NCBI RefSeq assembly: GCF_006345805.1
Contig: NC_043019.1
Span: 5,827,360 to 5,891,359, forward strand
Length of the DNA: 64,000 bases
Direction of reading: 5' to 3'
Origin: Octopus sinensis
Lineage: Eukaryota
Shown: positions 61,643-64,000 of the stretch, one piece after another
Numbering within the stretch: the stretch's first letter is position 1
Layout of the letters: each line of letters opens with the position of its first letter
Position numbers and translations under genes: made by a program
The notes under the pieces: model-generated
Seen by the model: only the letters and a program-made list of their open reading frames with translations
Databases searched by the model: none
What the model was told of the DNA's origin: nothing

Positions 61643-62240
61643 TAACGAGAGGAATTCTGTGGGGTATTGAGATAAAAGTTAGGCATAAGAGGAAATAGAT
61701 GCAGCGTGCAAAAGAGAAGACTGTGCTGGTTTGGTCATGTGATACATACGAACGTGGATGTTGTATAAAGAAGGGCCAATCACTTCAAACAGAAGAGGGA
61801 GGCATGGGACGAAGCACTGAAGGCCAATCTCATGATACTGAGATTTATGAAGGAAATGACAATGCATCGAGATATCTGGCATGTTGCTGTACTCAAAAAG
61901 ACCTGACCCTCACATCAGAATCGATCTCCTAAACCACTTTGGCTAATGTTTGTCTGTGATGTGGTGGCGAACAGAAATATAGAAATACAAACATTTCCTA
62001 TTTTTCTATCTTCAAACAAATTGTTTATATAGACGTATTTGTATATGAAACATCATAACTTTCATTCCTGGCTCTAAATTCTGTAGAAAATCTGTAGAAA
62101 CAGCTTTAAAGTGATTGTATTGCACTGCTAACACAAAAGTAAGACACAGCATTGACTTATAAACTTTTAATGTTCTTGTTCGTGTATTATTGTTGCAAAA
62201 CGAAATTCAATGTTCCTACCAGTAATCAATATGTATGTAC

Positions 62241-62356
62241 CAGTTTCCAGGAATCTACTTAATATGTAAACTAATCTATCTGGTAGTGTTACACTGCTAA
62301 ACTTAGAATCTATTTGAGCAATGTGTTCGTGGATGGTTAATGGGTTGGATGTGACA
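62241..62356 (-). CDS. Candidate exon on the minus strand (VTSNPLTIHEHIAQIDSKFSSVTLPDRLVYILSRFLET)
   Basis: Strong acceptor ttcttgctatttcctcag, weaker donor CTG|gtacat, open frame; no family recognised. Confidence 0.25.
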
Positions 62357-62524
62357 CTGAGGAAATAGCAAGAACTCCTGAAATATGCATGTACACCCAT
62401 TCCCTATTTTTATGTCTTCAATTGCCTTGTTTACATAGACGTATTCATATACAAAACATTGTAAATTTTAGTTCTGAATTTAAATTTTATAGAAAATCAG
62501 TAGCTATAATTTAAATGTGACACT

Positions 62525-62725
62525 CACACATACACATGTATGTACGTGTGTGTGTATGTATGTATGTATGTATGTATGTATGTATGTATGTGTGTATGTA
62601 TGCATGTATGTATATATGTGTGTATGTATGTATGCATGTATGTATGTATGTATGTATGAATGTATGTATGTATGCATGCATGTATGTATGCATGTGTGTA
62701 TGTATGTATGTATGTATGCGTGTAT
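62525..62725. repeat. (TATG)n microsatellite
   Basis: Directly visible. Confidence 0.95.
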
Positions 62726-63069
62726 ATAAATAGAAAGAGCAAGAACCATGAAAGTTGTCAATAACCAATGACTAATGTGATATTAATGTAACATCCCGTC
62801 CTGATATCCTCCTGTATCCTTATACCCTCCAGCCTCCAGCCTCCAGCCTCCAGCCTCCAGCACATCATCAGATTCTGCCAGACGTTTTGCTTTTTACATC
62901 TCTTTAGAATTCATATTTTTAGTCTTTCCTTTCCTTATCTATTTTTAATTGTAGATCAGATTGTTTTGTTTTTTTATTTTCGTTCTGTTAATATGTGTGT
63001 GCGTGTGTTTATGTGTGCACTGTGCATGTGTATGTGTGTGTGTGCGTGTGGGTATATTTTTTATGTATA

Positions 63070-63375
63070 CCAAACCAAAACCACCACTACCACCATCACA
63101 TCCACTACCACTAACACCACATCTACCACCACCACCACCAAGAACAACAACAACAGCAACAACATTGCTGTCACCACCACCACCACCACCACATCCACTG
63201 CCATCACCCCCACCCACCACCACCACTACCACTACATCCACTGCCATCACCCCCCCCCACCACCACCACCACTACCACCACATCCACTACCACCACATCC
63301 ACTGCCATCACCCCCACCCCCACCACCACTACCACCACATCCACTGCCATCACCCCCCACCACCACATCCACTCT
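63070..63375. repeat. (CAC)n-rich tract (a second one at 63860-64000)
   Basis: Directly visible. Confidence 0.95.
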
Positions 63376-63469
63376 TATGTAGGTATGCATGAGGCATGTT
63401 ATTTATTTGTATTTAATTCTATTGGATTTTATTACCATTATTCGTTTATTTTTGGATAATGATCGGAGA

Positions 63470-63850
63470 ACTTCACCCCGGATAACTAATATACTCCAAC
63501 CTCTGACCTACAGCCATACTGTTTCCTCCTTCTTACTTTTCCACTACTACAACAGTGGCCACTGCTCTTCATATCTCACTGATCTTCTACTCACTTTCAC
63601 ACGGTTCTTCTTCTCAACTAATTTGTCTCTCACTTTCTCTCTTTCTCTCTCCTTCTTTCCCCTATCCCCCTTCTCTCTCTCTTTCTTCCTCTGGTCACCA
63701 TATTGTGTCAACCCATCCAGTCCCCGGGGCCCAGTTCTTACTCAATGATTTCCTGTCTTTTCAAGAGGAATGACAGCCTAACAATCTCTCTGGCCTCACA
63801 AGACATGGCAATGTTAGAAGGAGAACCCTTTTCTTCCAGATCAAACATGT
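63470..63850 (+). pseudogene. CR1/Jockey-type LINE 3' remnant
   Basis: LQPLTYSHTVSSFLLFHYYNSGHCSSYL resembles the 'L.HRR.V....FY.Y..G.CS.EL' LINE C-terminus. Confidence 0.55.
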
Positions 63851-64000
63851 CTTCCTTATTACCACCACCATCACCATGACCAAAACCACCACTACCACCA
63901 CCACATCCACTACCACTACCACCACCAACAACAACAACAACAACGCTGCTGTCATCACCCCCACCCCCACCACCACCACATCCACTACCACCACATCCAC

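Larger units (their letters stand above)
59995..61935 (+). pseudogene. Decayed RTE-clade LINE ORF2 (RT to C-terminus)
   Basis: NYRSIKLLDQAMKVTERVIA; MQFGFV; DLEKAF; HQGSVLSPLLFIIVL; ELLYT[insert]DDLAIIAD; LKVNLAKTKV; AMSHGSETW. Confidence 0.9.

Noticed and set aside
228-64000. The many track ORFs made of YI/CV/HT/ER/MYVC repeats
   Set aside because: They are translations of (TA)n, (TG)n, (GA)n and (TATG)n microsatellites or of SINE1/3 bodies; they carry no coding signal.

Overview
AT-rich, repeat-saturated eukaryotic DNA. The SINE families, the (TA)n/(TG)n/(TATG)n microsatellites and the LINE types match my recollection of Octopus (coleoid cephalopod) genomes; this assignment is an inference. 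The window is probably intronic or intergenic. I recognise no host protein-coding gene, only three low-confidence candidate exons. Most track ORFs are microsatellite artefacts. Identifiable content: many copies of four tRNA/SINE-type families; decayed pogo/Tigger, mariner and Tc1 DNA transposons and a TTAA-flanked MITE; decayed CR1, RTE and Penelope-like (RT and GIY-YIG) retroelements; and a 3.5-kb R4/Dong-type RLE LINE sitting in a (TAA)n tract next to a second R4 3' fragment. The most striking signal is missed by the ORF track: about 13 type I hammerhead-ribozyme (HHR) motifs from several unrelated sequence families, plus a recurring architecture of short fold-back (inverted-duplicated) elements embedded in (TA)n. 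One fold-back carries two identical, complete hammerheads in inverted orientation, with a long stem II extension (44520-44620 minus, 44898-44998 plus). Another folds back exactly inside a hammerhead catalytic core (about 25757). A five-unit tandem array of about 185 bp carries one minimal hammerhead per unit, resembling a retrozyme or pLTR array. All folds were derived by hand; none was computed or tested.
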